IMG/VR virus record: IMGVR_UViG_3300027714_000005
Direction: 5' to 3' (one strand)
DNA length: 64,000 nucleotides
From: a virus
The position numbers were made by a program, and so were the translations under genes. The notes under the pieces were generated by a model that worked only from the letters and a program-made list of their open reading frames with translations, made no database searches and was not told the origin of the DNA. Below are positions 26,915-36,580 of the stretch, one piece after another. Each line of letters starts with the position of its first letter. Position 1 is the first letter of the stretch.

Positions 26915-27175
26915 ATGAACCACGTTAACGCGATCCAAAACGCAAAAGAATTCGGTCAAGAGTTAGAAGTATTCACCAACTACGTCAACACCTTCTACGG
27001 TCAAGGCGGTATCTACGCCAAGCATGATCATGCAACTATTGACCAGATTCAAGCTGCAATTATGACTTACATTACTACATTGACTGATTTAGTCACTTGG
27101 GGTGGAGGTGATAGTCTTGATAGAGAAAGAGTCTCTATAATTCTGACTGACGAATTTAATGTTAATCTTTACTAA
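26915..27175 (+). CDS. small early hypothetical protein
   Basis: FYGQGGIY ... GGDSLDRERV. Confidence 0.75.
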   Translation: MNHVNAIQNAKEFGQELEVFTNYVNTFYGQGGIYAKHDHATIDQIQAAIMTYITTLTDLVTWGGGDSLDRERVSIILTDEFNVNLY

Positions 27176-27182
27176 AAAAACC

Positions 27183-27250
27183 TTGACAAACGTTGTTGTT
27201 GTTGTTATAATAAGTACTTAGTTAATCGAGTTGAAGAGAGAGAATATATC
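27183..27250 (+). promoter_or_regulatory. early promoter cassette, class A copy 6
   Basis: TTGACA-17-TATAAT, (GTT)n spacer, leader. Confidence 0.9.
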
Positions 27251-27673
27251 ATGGCCTATGTATCACAAGAAGAGAAAAAAGTCCTTGCAGTCGAAATCAA
27301 GAAAGTCTGTAAGAAATACGGATACAAAGTATCTTTAGCAATCCGTCATCATAGCACTCTTGTTGCTAAAGTGAAGGGTGCAGAAGACCTGATGAAAGGT
27401 TACTGTGACGTTCAGATGACTCCAAATAAAGTACTAAAGAGAGAGTTGAACGGTTACAACAACTTCTCTGTTGAAAGAGTCCTTGAAGAGTCTGCGAAGT
27501 GGGGACATGATGTTAACACTTACTGGCATTGCGAGAACTACTGTGAGAAAGGTGTTGCGTTCTTGACTGAGTTAAAGTCTGCAATGGAAGGAAAAGACTT
27601 CTTCAACGATGACGATTCAATGACTGACTACTTCCACAGAAGTCACTACACAGATATCAAACTTTACGCATGA
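27251..27673 (+). CDS. LPD29-like early protein
   Basis: MAYVSQE.KK...K.SLAIRHHS.L ... DDSMTDYFH..HY. Confidence 0.6.
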   Translation: MAYVSQEEKKVLAVEIKKVCKKYGYKVSLAIRHHSTLVAKVKGAEDLMKGYCDVQMTPNKVLKRELNGYNNFSVERVLEESAKWGHDVNTYWHCENYCEKGVAFLTELKSAMEGKDFFNDDDSMTDYFHRSHYTDIKLYA

Positions 27674-27693
27674 CATATATAAAAGGGTAAGAA

Positions 27694-27879
27694 ATGGAAA
27701 CCACACCAACAACTGAAGAACGATGCGCTAAGGCGATGGAGTTAGTGGTCGCTGCGGAAGATGAACTTGCTATTGCTATCGTGGAAAAGAACCTAGTAAG
27801 GATTGCAACCTATACCACGTTAGTTGATGAGTATCAACAGATGCATGATGAATTAAAAGCGTATTTAAAGTCTCAGTGA
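27694..27879 (+). CDS. small helical hypothetical protein
   Basis: ORF with purine-rich upstream sequence. Confidence 0.55.
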   Translation: METTPTTEERCAKAMELVVAAEDELAIAIVEKNLVRIATYTTLVDEYQQMHDELKAYLKSQ

Positions 27880-27916
27880 AAAACATTCAACGTATATATA
27901 ATATTAAGAGGAATAT

Positions 27917-28351
27917 ATGATTCACGTTACAAATAAAGAAGTGTTCGAAATTTTCGAGGACTTCACTAAACTTAAAACTAAAAAGGATAAGGTACTCTTT
28001 ATCCGTGAGCAGGGTAATCTAGTACCCGCAGTAAAAGATGTCATTCGAGGCGCATTCGATGACCGTCTGAAATTTGTGTTACCAGTTGGTAAACCACCGT
28101 ACACCCCGAACAGACCTGAAAGCGTACCCTCATCATTAAAGATGTTGCATCGTCAATTCAGTACATTCGTTGTGGGTGCTACTTCAGAAGGTCTGGGGCA
28201 AATGCACATCGAGAAAAAATTCATTCAGATGCTAGAATCTATTCATGCCGAAGATGCATTGATTGTTCTAGACATGGTGGCCAAAAAACCACCAGTAAAA
28301 GGATTGACAGTTAAGATAGTAGAAGAGGCATTCCCTAACTTACTACCCTAA
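27917..28351 (+). CDS. conserved T4-like protein (DUF6433-like)
   Basis: AFD....LP.G.PPY.PN ... EKKFIQMLESIH.EDA...V.EAFP.LL. Confidence 0.75.
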   Translation: MIHVTNKEVFEIFEDFTKLKTKKDKVLFIREQGNLVPAVKDVIRGAFDDRLKFVLPVGKPPYTPNRPESVPSSLKMLHRQFSTFVVGATSEGLGQMHIEKKFIQMLESIHAEDALIVLDMVAKKPPVKGLTVKIVEEAFPNLLP

Positions 28352-28397
28352 TTGATTTTCGTTATGTTTCTTTCAACTAACAGCAGGAGCGCGTTTA

Positions 28398-28571
28398 ATG
28401 CCAAGAAACCAAATAGAGCGATTGAAGAACGATAGCAGAGAACTTGACCAATACATTCACCGTCTCAAAAGGAAAGGTCGAGACAACTTAGCGCATAAGT
28501 TATCTGCAAAGAAATTGTACCTCAATCAAACTATTGCTGAGTACGAAAAATCAACTCATGTTCTAGCATAA
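28398..28571 (+). CDS. 57-aa hypothetical protein (not in ORF track)
   Basis: AGGAG SD; MPRNQIERLKNDSRELDQYIHRLKRKG... Confidence 0.65.
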   Translation: MPRNQIERLKNDSRELDQYIHRLKRKGRDNLAHKLSAKKLYLNQTIAEYEKSTHVLA

Positions 28572-28597
28572 AAAGGTAGGTGATACAGTATCTCGTG

Positions 28598-28617
28598 TGG
28601 GGTGCTTCGGCACCCCA
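28598..28617 (+). terminator. cUUCGg hairpin, probable terminator or RNA stabiliser
   Basis: TGGGGTGC-TTCG-GCACCCCA; weak U tract. Confidence 0.65.
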
Positions 28618-28645
28618 TTCGTCAATTTAAGGAAATAAAAAAGTA

Positions 28646-28882
28646 ATGCCCCTATATATTATAAAAAACAGAAAGACAGAAAATACCCAAACTATCATGT
28701 GTTCTTGGAACTCTCTACAGGAAAAATTAACCGACCTAGGCGAAGACTGGACTCAACAGATTGGTGCACCCGCACTGATATCCCATACGGGTAACATCGT
28801 AAACAAGACTTCCTCGGAATTTAAACAACTTCTTGGCAACATCAAGAAGGGTTCTGATAAATCTTCTACCATCGAGAACTAG
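28646..28882 (+). CDS. conserved small protein preceding phoH
   Basis: MPLY..KN.KT ... GAP.LIS ... FK.LL..IKK; usual phoH neighbour in T4-like phages. Confidence 0.7.
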   Translation: MPLYIIKNRKTENTQTIMCSWNSLQEKLTDLGEDWTQQIGAPALISHTGNIVNKTSSEFKQLLGNIKKGSDKSSTIEN

Positions 28883-28885
28883 ATT

Positions 28886-29572
28886 ATGACCATGAAACGT
28901 CTAAAGATAGACAACCTCTTGACGTACCAACCTATCACCGAAAACCAACGAATCGCATACCAGTCATTCAAAGAAGGAGATCACCTTGTTCTTTGTGGTT
29001 CTGCGGGTACTGGTAAGTCCTTTGTTGGAATGTATCTCGCACTACAGGACGTACTCGACAAGTCTTACGAACAGGATAAACTTGTTATAGTAAGAAGTGT
29101 CGTTCCTACCAGAGAGATGGGTTACCTGCCCGGCTCAGTAGAAGAAAAGTTCGCACCTTATACCGCACCCTATAAATCTATTGCTACCGAACTCTTTAAT
29201 GAGAAGATGGCATACGAGAATCTGGAAGCACAAGGTGTCGTTGAGTTTGTATCAACATCGTTTATACGTGGTACTACTCTGGACAACTGTATTGTGATGG
29301 TGGACGAGATGCAGAATCTCACCTTCCATGAACTAGACTCCATTATCACAAGGGTTGGTAAGAACAGTCGTATCATCTTCTGTGGTGATTACTATCAGTC
29401 TGACCTAAATAAAGAGTCGGACAAAAACGGAATACTTCACTTCATGAATATTATGGAAGTGATGAATAATTTTACAACCGTAGAATTTGGTTGGGCGGAC
29501 ATCGTTCGTTCGGACTTCGTCAGAGACTATATAATGACAAAGGATATGGTTGAACGAGGAAACCTAAAATGA
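28886..29572 (+). CDS. phoH: PhoH family ATPase
   Basis: GSAGTGKS, MGYLPG, SFIRGTT, VDEMQN, GDYYQSDL, DIVRS. Confidence 0.95.
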   Translation: MTMKRLKIDNLLTYQPITENQRIAYQSFKEGDHLVLCGSAGTGKSFVGMYLALQDVLDKSYEQDKLVIVRSVVPTREMGYLPGSVEEKFAPYTAPYKSIATELFNEKMAYENLEAQGVVEFVSTSFIRGTTLDNCIVMVDEMQNLTFHELDSIITRVGKNSRIIFCGDYYQSDLNKESDKNGILHFMNIMEVMNNFTTVEFGWADIVRSDFVRDYIMTKDMVERGNLK

Positions 29573-30033
29573 ATTTAAGTAAAAACTTCACACTCCAAGA
29601 GTTCACCAAGTCTATGACTGCAACTCGACTGGGTATCGATAACACACCTCAAGGCGATCATCTGAGGGCAGCGCAAGAGTTATTCACTCAAGTCGTTCAA
29701 CCCGTTAGGGAACACTTTGGTACAACCCGAATTAATTCAGGATATCGTTCGCCCGCATTGAACGAAGCTGTAGGTGGGTCTTCACGGTCACAACATTGTA
29801 AGGGTCAAGCAGTTGACTTGGAATGTGATAAGGCGGATAACCTTGTTGTCGCACAGTGGATTAGAGATAACCTAGGGTTTGATCAACTAATCTCTGAGTA
29901 CTACGAAGAGAATGACCCATCATCTGGTTGGGTTCATGTGTCATATGTGAGTCCAGAAGAGAACCGCGAAGAGTGTTTGACTGCACAACGTGTTGATGGC
30001 AAGACCGTGTATAGTTTAAGTTTACCTGAATGA
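29569..30033 (+). CDS. peptidase M15A (endolysin candidate)
   Basis: SGYRS..LN.AVGG...SQHCKGQAVD ... WVHVS. Confidence 0.9.
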   Translation: MNLSKNFTLQEFTKSMTATRLGIDNTPQGDHLRAAQELFTQVVQPVREHFGTTRINSGYRSPALNEAVGGSSRSQHCKGQAVDLECDKADNLVVAQWIRDNLGFDQLISEYYEENDPSSGWVHVSYVSPEENREECLTAQRVDGKTVYSLSLPE

Positions 30034-30854
30034 ACATAATCTTTCAGTATATGATTACCAACGAAGAGACGGAGAAACGATCTCCTGTCCCACAGTATCC
30101 TCAAGGTACACGTTCGGAACTGTATCGTGTAACCGGTGACCTGTCGGCAAAGTCCTTTCAAATCTATGCTGATAAGATTGGTTGTAAACATCACTACTCA
30201 ACTAACCAAGTATACACCAAGAACTTCGATGGGTCAACTGTTTTGTTGTTCGAATGTCTACGTATGATATATGACCCGATGTACGATGAGTACGACAAGG
30301 TCGCATTCATTGATTCCGATATCATATGTAATACCGAAGAGAATATCTTTGATGAGACCAATGGTTACGAGGTGACCGGAGTATTCGAGTCTGAGATACG
30401 CACATCTAAGGACGGTGGATACAATACTTGGGATTACGATGACGAGACTAAGAAACAACTGATTACCAAGTTAGAACGTAATGGTATGCCAATTGTCCCC
30501 ACAGAACCCCCATATAGACCGTCTTGCGTCACTACGTTCAATACTGGAGTGTTGGTATGGACTAAGGAAGCACGTCTTAAAGCACGGGAGTTGTTCGACC
30601 CTTGGTACAGTTATATGATGGATGGTGACAAACATGGTGACCCCTTCTGGTTGAACAATGACCAACCTTGGATATCTGGCCAGCTGACTAAACACGGATT
30701 CAAGATACAGAGTATTGACCAGAAATGGAACGATACCCCTACACACTGGCACGATGATCGTGGATATGAGGCAAACTTCCTTCACTATACTGGGGGTGGT
30801 AACAAGGTTGTTATGTTGGATGATTGGAAGAAAGGTAAATTTAAATACGTTTAA
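30030..30854 (+). CDS. GT-A glycosyltransferase (GT8-like)
   Basis: FIDSD, FNTGV, DQPW, KWN, FLHY. Confidence 0.75.
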   Translation: MNIIFQYMITNEETEKRSPVPQYPQGTRSELYRVTGDLSAKSFQIYADKIGCKHHYSTNQVYTKNFDGSTVLLFECLRMIYDPMYDEYDKVAFIDSDIICNTEENIFDETNGYEVTGVFESEIRTSKDGGYNTWDYDDETKKQLITKLERNGMPIVPTEPPYRPSCVTTFNTGVLVWTKEARLKARELFDPWYSYMMDGDKHGDPFWLNNDQPWISGQLTKHGFKIQSIDQKWNDTPTHWHDDRGYEANFLHYTGGGNKVVMLDDWKKGKFKYV

Positions 30855-30857
30855 CGC

Positions 30858-30905
30858 TTGACAAAGTACCACTCTTAGTGTTATAATAAGTACCTAATTG
30901 AGAGT
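30858..30905 (+). promoter_or_regulatory. early promoter, diverged class A cassette
   Basis: TTGACA-18-TATAAT-AAGTACCTA. Confidence 0.7.
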
Positions 30906-30923
30906 AAAGTAACTAAGGTATAT

Positions 30924-31523
30924 ATGAAGAAGGAAATACAATTGAACAAGCAAGTACATAAAGTAATACTAACAGACGCAGACGGTGTACTCCTGAACTG
31001 GGGTTACGCATTTGATGTCTGGATGTTAGAGAGAGGTTACAAAGCAGTAAACCCTCTCGAATATGACATCGCAAAAATCTACGATATCCCAAGAAATTTG
31101 AGTAAGAAGTTCGTAAGAGAATTCAACGAGAGTGCTCACATGGGATTCGTTCCCCCTCTGCGAGACGCAATGCAGTATGTCAGAAAGTTACACGAAGAAC
31201 ACGGTTATGTGTTTCACTTGATAACTAGTATGAGTAAAGACGAGAACGCACAGAAGCTAAGAACAATGAACATTAAGAAGTTGTTCGGTGAGACTGCGTT
31301 TACCAAGTTCATCTATCTGGACACGGGTGCTGACAAGGACGAGGTGTTGAGTCAATACGAAGGTACTGATTACGTCTGGGTTGAAGATAAGATAGAGAAT
31401 GCAATTGCGGGTAAGAAGTTCGGTCTAGAGAGTCTGGTCATGGAACATGGTTACAACATGAACGATGAAGAGTTCCCTCTGATGAAGAACTGGAAAGATG
31501 TCTACGAATACCTAGAAGGGTAA
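30924..31523 (+). CDS. HAD-family phosphatase (T4 gp30.2-like / 5'-nucleotidase)
   Basis: ILTDADGVLLNW, ITS, WVEDK. Confidence 0.8.
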   Translation: MKKEIQLNKQVHKVILTDADGVLLNWGYAFDVWMLERGYKAVNPLEYDIAKIYDIPRNLSKKFVREFNESAHMGFVPPLRDAMQYVRKLHEEHGYVFHLITSMSKDENAQKLRTMNIKKLFGETAFTKFIYLDTGADKDEVLSQYEGTDYVWVEDKIENAIAGKKFGLESLVMEHGYNMNDEEFPLMKNWKDVYEYLEG

Positions 31524-31547
31524 AATAAGAAACTGATATATACCTAC

Positions 31548-33089
31548 ATGAAAAAAAGATATGTAGGTTACTCAGAGTTTTATCACGATGCAGGTCTCGC
31601 CATCATTCAAGATGACGGTACTGTTGAATTCGCATCTCAGTCGGAACGTTATACTGGCATTAAGAATGACGGTAACATTCCCGATGAGATGTGGCATTTT
31701 GTCACCAAGGACGATCACGTCACTTTCTACGAAGATTACGAACTACGTAGAACTAAGATGGGTGGTCTCCGAACCTTTGGTATGTGGCAGTGGGGTAAAC
31801 AAAATGAAGATAAAACATATGAACAATTGGAGATTGGGGAAGAAAAAACCCCAATGTATGGTCAGTTGTCATTCGATGACTTCAATCTTCACCACGAAAG
31901 TCATTGCGCTCTAGCATTCTTTACCCGTCCTTGGGAATCCAAAGAAGATACTGTAATGGTATCCGTTGATGGTTCGGGTGAACTCGAATCACTCTCTATC
32001 AAAGACCACAATTTCAATACACTACACACCATACAATGGCCTCAATCCTTGGGTACAATCTATGGTGGTGTCACCGCTTCACTCGGTTATAAAGCACTAA
32101 GAGACGAATACATCATCATGGGACTCGCATCCTATGGTGAGGTTGATGACGAATTATATAAACTACTACACAACTGTTACTATTGGTTTGAAAGTAAACA
32201 AGGTAAAGATGTACGGATGAATGTAGAGTTCGCAGGGTATTGTCTTGCAGAAAGTGAACTGTCCGCAAAATACGCTAAGTATGAAACTCGATTCCGAGAT
32301 TACATATCGGAACACTGCACACCCGAAAATGCGTCTGCTACTGTGCAGAAGTTCTTTGAAGTTGAAGTGATGAAGATAATGACTACTGCACGGCAGTATG
32401 GTAGTAAGTTAGTGTATGGTGGTGGATGTGCTCAGAACGTTACTGCAAACACTTTAATCCGTGAACTGTTTGATGAGATGCATATTGCAATCGCACCAAG
32501 TGATTCGGGTAACGCATTAGGATGTGCGGCATACTCATGGCATAAGGCAACAGGGGGAACACACCTAAAGTGGTCTCCTTACCTTGGACACAACATAGAC
32601 CGTGACATAGACCCCAAAGAAGTCGCACAATACCTTGTAGATAACAAAATATGTGGTGTTGCGAATGGTCGTGCGGAATATGGCCCACGTGCGTTAGGTA
32701 ATCGTTCATTACTTGCAGACGTTCGTTCCGACATCAATGACACTGTTAACACTATTAAACGTAGACAGAAGTTCCGACCCTTTGCTCCGGCAATTCTATC
32801 CGAACACGCAGACGAATACTTCTCTGGCCCAATGAATGAGTATATGCAATTCACCGCAGTTGCTAAACACAAATACTCTTCGGTCACACATGCTGACGGA
32901 ACCGCAAGAGTTCAGTTAGTAACACCAGATTGTAAATCAGTCTTACGTCAGATACTAGAAGAGTATTACAAATTAACGGGTGTTCCGATGTTACTAAATA
33001 CATCTTTAAACATCCGTAACAAACCAATGGTCAATACCGTAGAAGAGGCTATTGAGTGGGAAAACAAATACAAAGTAAAGGTATTCTAA
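31548..33089 (+). CDS. carbamoyltransferase (NodU/CmcH family)
   Basis: HDAG, SERY, HHESH, VDGSGE, EY.IMGLASYG, GGCAQN, EYGPRALGNRS, FRPFAP, DGTARVQ, LLNTSLN. Confidence 0.93.
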   Translation: MKKRYVGYSEFYHDAGLAIIQDDGTVEFASQSERYTGIKNDGNIPDEMWHFVTKDDHVTFYEDYELRRTKMGGLRTFGMWQWGKQNEDKTYEQLEIGEEKTPMYGQLSFDDFNLHHESHCALAFFTRPWESKEDTVMVSVDGSGELESLSIKDHNFNTLHTIQWPQSLGTIYGGVTASLGYKALRDEYIIMGLASYGEVDDELYKLLHNCYYWFESKQGKDVRMNVEFAGYCLAESELSAKYAKYETRFRDYISEHCTPENASATVQKFFEVEVMKIMTTARQYGSKLVYGGGCAQNVTANTLIRELFDEMHIAIAPSDSGNALGCAAYSWHKATGGTHLKWSPYLGHNIDRDIDPKEVAQYLVDNKICGVANGRAEYGPRALGNRSLLADVRSDINDTVNTIKRRQKFRPFAPAILSEHADEYFSGPMNEYMQFTAVAKHKYSSVTHADGTARVQLVTPDCKSVLRQILEEYYKLTGVPMLLNTSLNIRNKPMVNTVEEAIEWENKYKVKVF

Positions 33090-33412
33090 TGGAAAATAAA
33101 AAAATGAAAGATTTTCACCCCGCAGACTCAAACGGAGACGGTATCGTCTCGGCAGAAGAACAATCAATGTACCTTGAGTTCAAGAGAAAAGAACTCGATG
33201 ACCAAGACGCAATGCGTGACGCACAACGTAAGATGACGTGGTTTGCTTTGTTTGGTATGTTACTATATCCTTTTGCTGTAGTTCTAGCTAGTCTAATGGG
33301 ATTGACTGAAGCACAATCGACACTGGGTAATATGGCACCTACGTATTTTGTAGCGACTGCCGGTATTGTTGCCGCATTCTTTGGTACTCAAGCATATAAT
33401 AAGAACAAGTAG
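33089..33412 (+). CDS. EF-hand-like, 2-TM membrane protein
   Basis: DSNGDGIVSAEE loop, then two hydrophobic helices. Confidence 0.7.
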   Translation: MENKKMKDFHPADSNGDGIVSAEEQSMYLEFKRKELDDQDAMRDAQRKMTWFALFGMLLYPFAVVLASLMGLTEAQSTLGNMAPTYFVATAGIVAAFFGTQAYNKNK

Positions 33413-34212
33413 TGGAAAAGGTTAGGTGGCGTGGCACGTGGGGAATGGGGGATGTTATTCTCGCACTCAATATCTGTCACAACTATTGTTATAAAAACGA
33501 TACGACACTCAACCTAGAGATGCACTGGGAGCACGGGGAAGACCATTTAGAAACCCCTGAAGACCCTGAAACAATCATAGAACGTATGACGTGGATACAT
33601 ACCAAATACTATCGTGAAGAAGATGTAACAGTAACCCACGTCTATAACTCCGACCTATTTGATTCTGGCAATGTAAATCCTAATAAATCTAAAAGAAGAT
33701 TCTACTTCGAATCTGGTGCGTTTGAAGATACAGATGCCCCTGACAATAACTGGCCTTGGAAAAGGGAACACTACAAAAATCATATCGATACCAAGAAGAT
33801 AGTTGTATGGACACCTACCTATAATTCAGAACCACCAAGAAAGTGGAAAAGGTTCTTGACAAAAGATGATTGGGGTGATATAATAGAGCTACTTCGCAGG
33901 GAGGGGTGGATACTAGTAGAACTCACTTATCGTACACCTATAAAAGAAGCATTCAAACAGATACAAGATGCAGACTATGTCTTCTGTTATGATGGAATGT
34001 GGCACTATCTCGCAAAGAACTTCTCTACACCAATATTTATACCATCATGGGAAGGCATCAGTGGTTATGCTTGCCCTCAAGTAGTATGTAGACCTAATAA
34101 GAAACTTACTATGAAGTTTGTATCTACATTCACTGAAGAGGGACATAAACATATGAAATATAAATCTGATAAATACCTAAGAAAACTTGGAGAATACTTT
34201 AGTGAAGATTGA
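33412..34212 (+). CDS. GT-B-like (GT9-related) glycosyltransferase candidate
   Basis: GMGDVI ... YDGMWHYLA.....P. Confidence 0.55.
   Translation: MEKVRWRGTWGMGDVILALNICHNYCYKNDTTLNLEMHWEHGEDHLETPEDPETIIERMTWIHTKYYREEDVTVTHVYNSDLFDSGNVNPNKSKRRFYFESGAFEDTDAPDNNWPWKREHYKNHIDTKKIVVWTPTYNSEPPRKWKRFLTKDDWGDIIELLRREGWILVELTYRTPIKEAFKQIQDADYVFCYDGMWHYLAKNFSTPIFIPSWEGISGYACPQVVCRPNKKLTMKFVSTFTEEGHKHMKYKSDKYLRKLGEYFSED
33856..33884 (+). promoter_or_regulatory. intragenic sigma70 promoter
   Basis: TTGACA-17-TATAAT with TG. Confidence 0.6.
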
Positions 34213-35164
34213 TAGAGCAGTAATTGAAATTAATGGTGCGTGTAACTATAGTTGTACTATGTGTCCTCAAGACACTAGAACGGGTGGTAGAAACAAAGAC
34301 TTTCTCAAGAAGATGGGACTGGAAGAGTTTGAGAGAAATGTTGCTGATTGTGCAAAACATGGACTACGAGTAGTTAACCTAGAAGGTAGTGGAGAACCCA
34401 CACTGAATAGACATCTACCCGAATACATTAAGATTGTTAAGAAGTATGGAGCTAAGTGTTTCATGTTCTCTAATGGATTCCGTATGCATGGACAGTTCAT
34501 GGCAGACTGTGTTGATGCCGGACTAGACTTCTTTCGATTCTCGTTCATTGGATACAACCCTGAGAAGTATGATGAGTGGATGAACAATACTATTGGAGGA
34601 AACTTCAATAACATTGTTGATAACATTAAACAGATGAAAGCATATGTGGACAAGACTGGAAGTGACTGTGTAGTCGCAACCTATCACTTGATTACTGACA
34701 ACGAAAACCTAAATAAAGAACTTGACCAGTATAAAGCTTTGGTTGATGACCTTGGTGTCAAAACTGAAATTTGGAAAATGCATAATTGGTCTGGTGTATA
34801 CAACATCGGTCTCAATGAGAGAGAAGGGAAGGTAAAAAGTTGTGGTAGACCATTTAGTCCTGATGTTGTTATTCGTGCTGGCGGTACTGACGGTAAGAGA
34901 GGTGGTGTTGCACCTTGTTGCCAAGTACTCGGTCAAGACGAAAAGGCCGTTCTGGGGCACACCTCTGAGAACACCATCGAAGAAATATGGTACGGAGAAG
35001 AATATACAAAACTCCGTGAAGATCATACTAGCGGAAACTATCCTGATTATTGTCTTAGTTGCGACTTTCTATTGGATGACCCCGAAGTACTTGTCTACAC
35101 TAACCATGAGCGTGACCTAATGAAGATGCACGGAACAGAGTTCGACTTAAATGATTACCGATAA
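34202..35164 (+). CDS. radical SAM / SPASM-twitch protein
   Basis: CNYSCTMC, GSGEPTL, SNG, C.RPF, PCC, C..C; GTG start after GGAG. Confidence 0.9.
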   Translation: MKIDRAVIEINGACNYSCTMCPQDTRTGGRNKDFLKKMGLEEFERNVADCAKHGLRVVNLEGSGEPTLNRHLPEYIKIVKKYGAKCFMFSNGFRMHGQFMADCVDAGLDFFRFSFIGYNPEKYDEWMNNTIGGNFNNIVDNIKQMKAYVDKTGSDCVVATYHLITDNENLNKELDQYKALVDDLGVKTEIWKMHNWSGVYNIGLNEREGKVKSCGRPFSPDVVIRAGGTDGKRGGVAPCCQVLGQDEKAVLGHTSENTIEEIWYGEEYTKLREDHTSGNYPDYCLSCDFLLDDPEVLVYTNHERDLMKMHGTEFDLNDYR

Positions 35165-35747
35165 TCTATGGATGATACAGATACACGGCAACGAGGTATC
35201 ACAACATTATGCAAAACAGTCGATTCCTACATGGGATTGTCATGTCAACCTCTTTGATGCATACACCCCAGAAGCAATGCCTAGCTACTTGAACTTTGGT
35301 AAGTTCTGGGGGGTGCGAGACTTCAGTGAATCTGAGAAGGCAGGATTCTACAGTCACCTAGAGTTATGGCAACTGTGTTTCGTGGAAGACAGACCTATCT
35401 CAATCATAGAACATGATGTGGTGCGATGTAAAAAGGATATGCCTATCATAGGTAACTTCTTTGCATTCGCAGACTTCGAAGATGAGAAAAGTTGGAGAAA
35501 CTATTCTACTAGATTCAAGGGTCATCCATACTGGGGAACAGATGAACCACTGTGTCCTGTCACACACGCATACTACCTCACTCCCGATGTTGCGGAGGCA
35601 TTATTCTACGCAGTCATCCTAGACCCCATCACTAAGTTCGTGGACGATTATATGTGGGAGTTCATGGGTCAAGACAAAGACAAGATAGTACAGTATTCTA
35701 ATCCTATATACTATGAACACATTGGAGGCACAATGGCCCATGAATAG
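35151..35747 (+). CDS. GT25-like glycosyltransferase
   Basis: FYSHLELW..C, IIEHD, HAYYLTP, VD. Confidence 0.7.
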   Translation: MITDNLWMIQIHGNEVSQHYAKQSIPTWDCHVNLFDAYTPEAMPSYLNFGKFWGVRDFSESEKAGFYSHLELWQLCFVEDRPISIIEHDVVRCKKDMPIIGNFFAFADFEDEKSWRNYSTRFKGHPYWGTDEPLCPVTHAYYLTPDVAEALFYAVILDPITKFVDDYMWEFMGQDKDKIVQYSNPIYYEHIGGTMAHE

Positions 35748-36531
35748 AATGATATATCAGGTTTCTGTAGGGAAACCATCTAAACTTTACGAACACTGTA
35801 TCCAATCGGTAAGTGATTACTGTGAACGACACGACATCAAACACATTATATTGAGTCAACCAAAACTAAGAATCAAACCAGACATCTTTACCAGTGGACG
35901 AAGCGAAGAGTCGTACATGAAGTATGGTGGGTATCTACCTATCTACGAGAAAGAGAATGCGTTTGAGTACCTCGATGATTATGACCAGATTGCAATCATT
36001 GATGCTGATATCTATATCCGACCAGACGCACCAAATATCTTTGATGAGATGGATGGCGACTACGCATTTGGTGCTGTTGCTGAACGTGAGATGGATATTC
36101 AAACTTGGTATACTGGCAAGATTCAAAACTACTCTGCAATGCAGTATCGTCACCTACACGGTAGCGGACAGGGGGACTTCGTACCAAATCACTTAGGGTT
36201 TGAGTTCTTCAATATGGGGATGATTCTCTTGAACTCACAACAATTCAAACCATACCTCAAGGGACAGTCACCCCACGACTTCTTGATGAGAGATGAGTTT
36301 AAGGACTTTGTTGATGGAATAGGTGCTTACAAATGGAGTACCGACCAGACACTATTGAACTACTTCCTCAAGAAGTACAAGATACCTACCAAACATATGG
36401 AAGGCAAATGGAATGGATTGTTTGGTGCGGTCAATAATGTAAAAGAGTGTCACTTTGTACACTTCTTCCTGAAGGACAAACTTCCCAACGGTGGAGAAAA
36501 TGTCGAAGAGTTAATGAAACAAATCGTATAA
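35740..36531 (+). CDS. GT-A glycosyltransferase (GT8/GT34-like)
   Basis: IIDADI, FFNMG, TDQTLLNY, KWN, FVHF. Confidence 0.8.
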   Translation: MNRMIYQVSVGKPSKLYEHCIQSVSDYCERHDIKHIILSQPKLRIKPDIFTSGRSEESYMKYGGYLPIYEKENAFEYLDDYDQIAIIDADIYIRPDAPNIFDEMDGDYAFGAVAEREMDIQTWYTGKIQNYSAMQYRHLHGSGQGDFVPNHLGFEFFNMGMILLNSQQFKPYLKGQSPHDFLMRDEFKDFVDGIGAYKWSTDQTLLNYFLKKYKIPTKHMEGKWNGLFGAVNNVKECHFVHFFLKDKLPNGGENVEELMKQIV

Positions 36532-36534
36532 ATA
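36527..36534 (+). promoter_or_regulatory. T4-type late promoter
   Basis: TATAAATA upstream of porin-tctA-tctC. Confidence 0.7.
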
Positions 36535-36580
36535 ACCCTTAGACAATACCGTCTAAACCTATATTAAGAGAGTGAGAAAT

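Noticed and set aside
26600-27250. Tandem ~35-nt repeats as a CRISPR array or integron attC cassettes
   Set aside because: Repeats contain -35/-10 boxes and an RBS; the intervals are whole genes of unequal length; no cas or integrase gene and no attC-like dyad.
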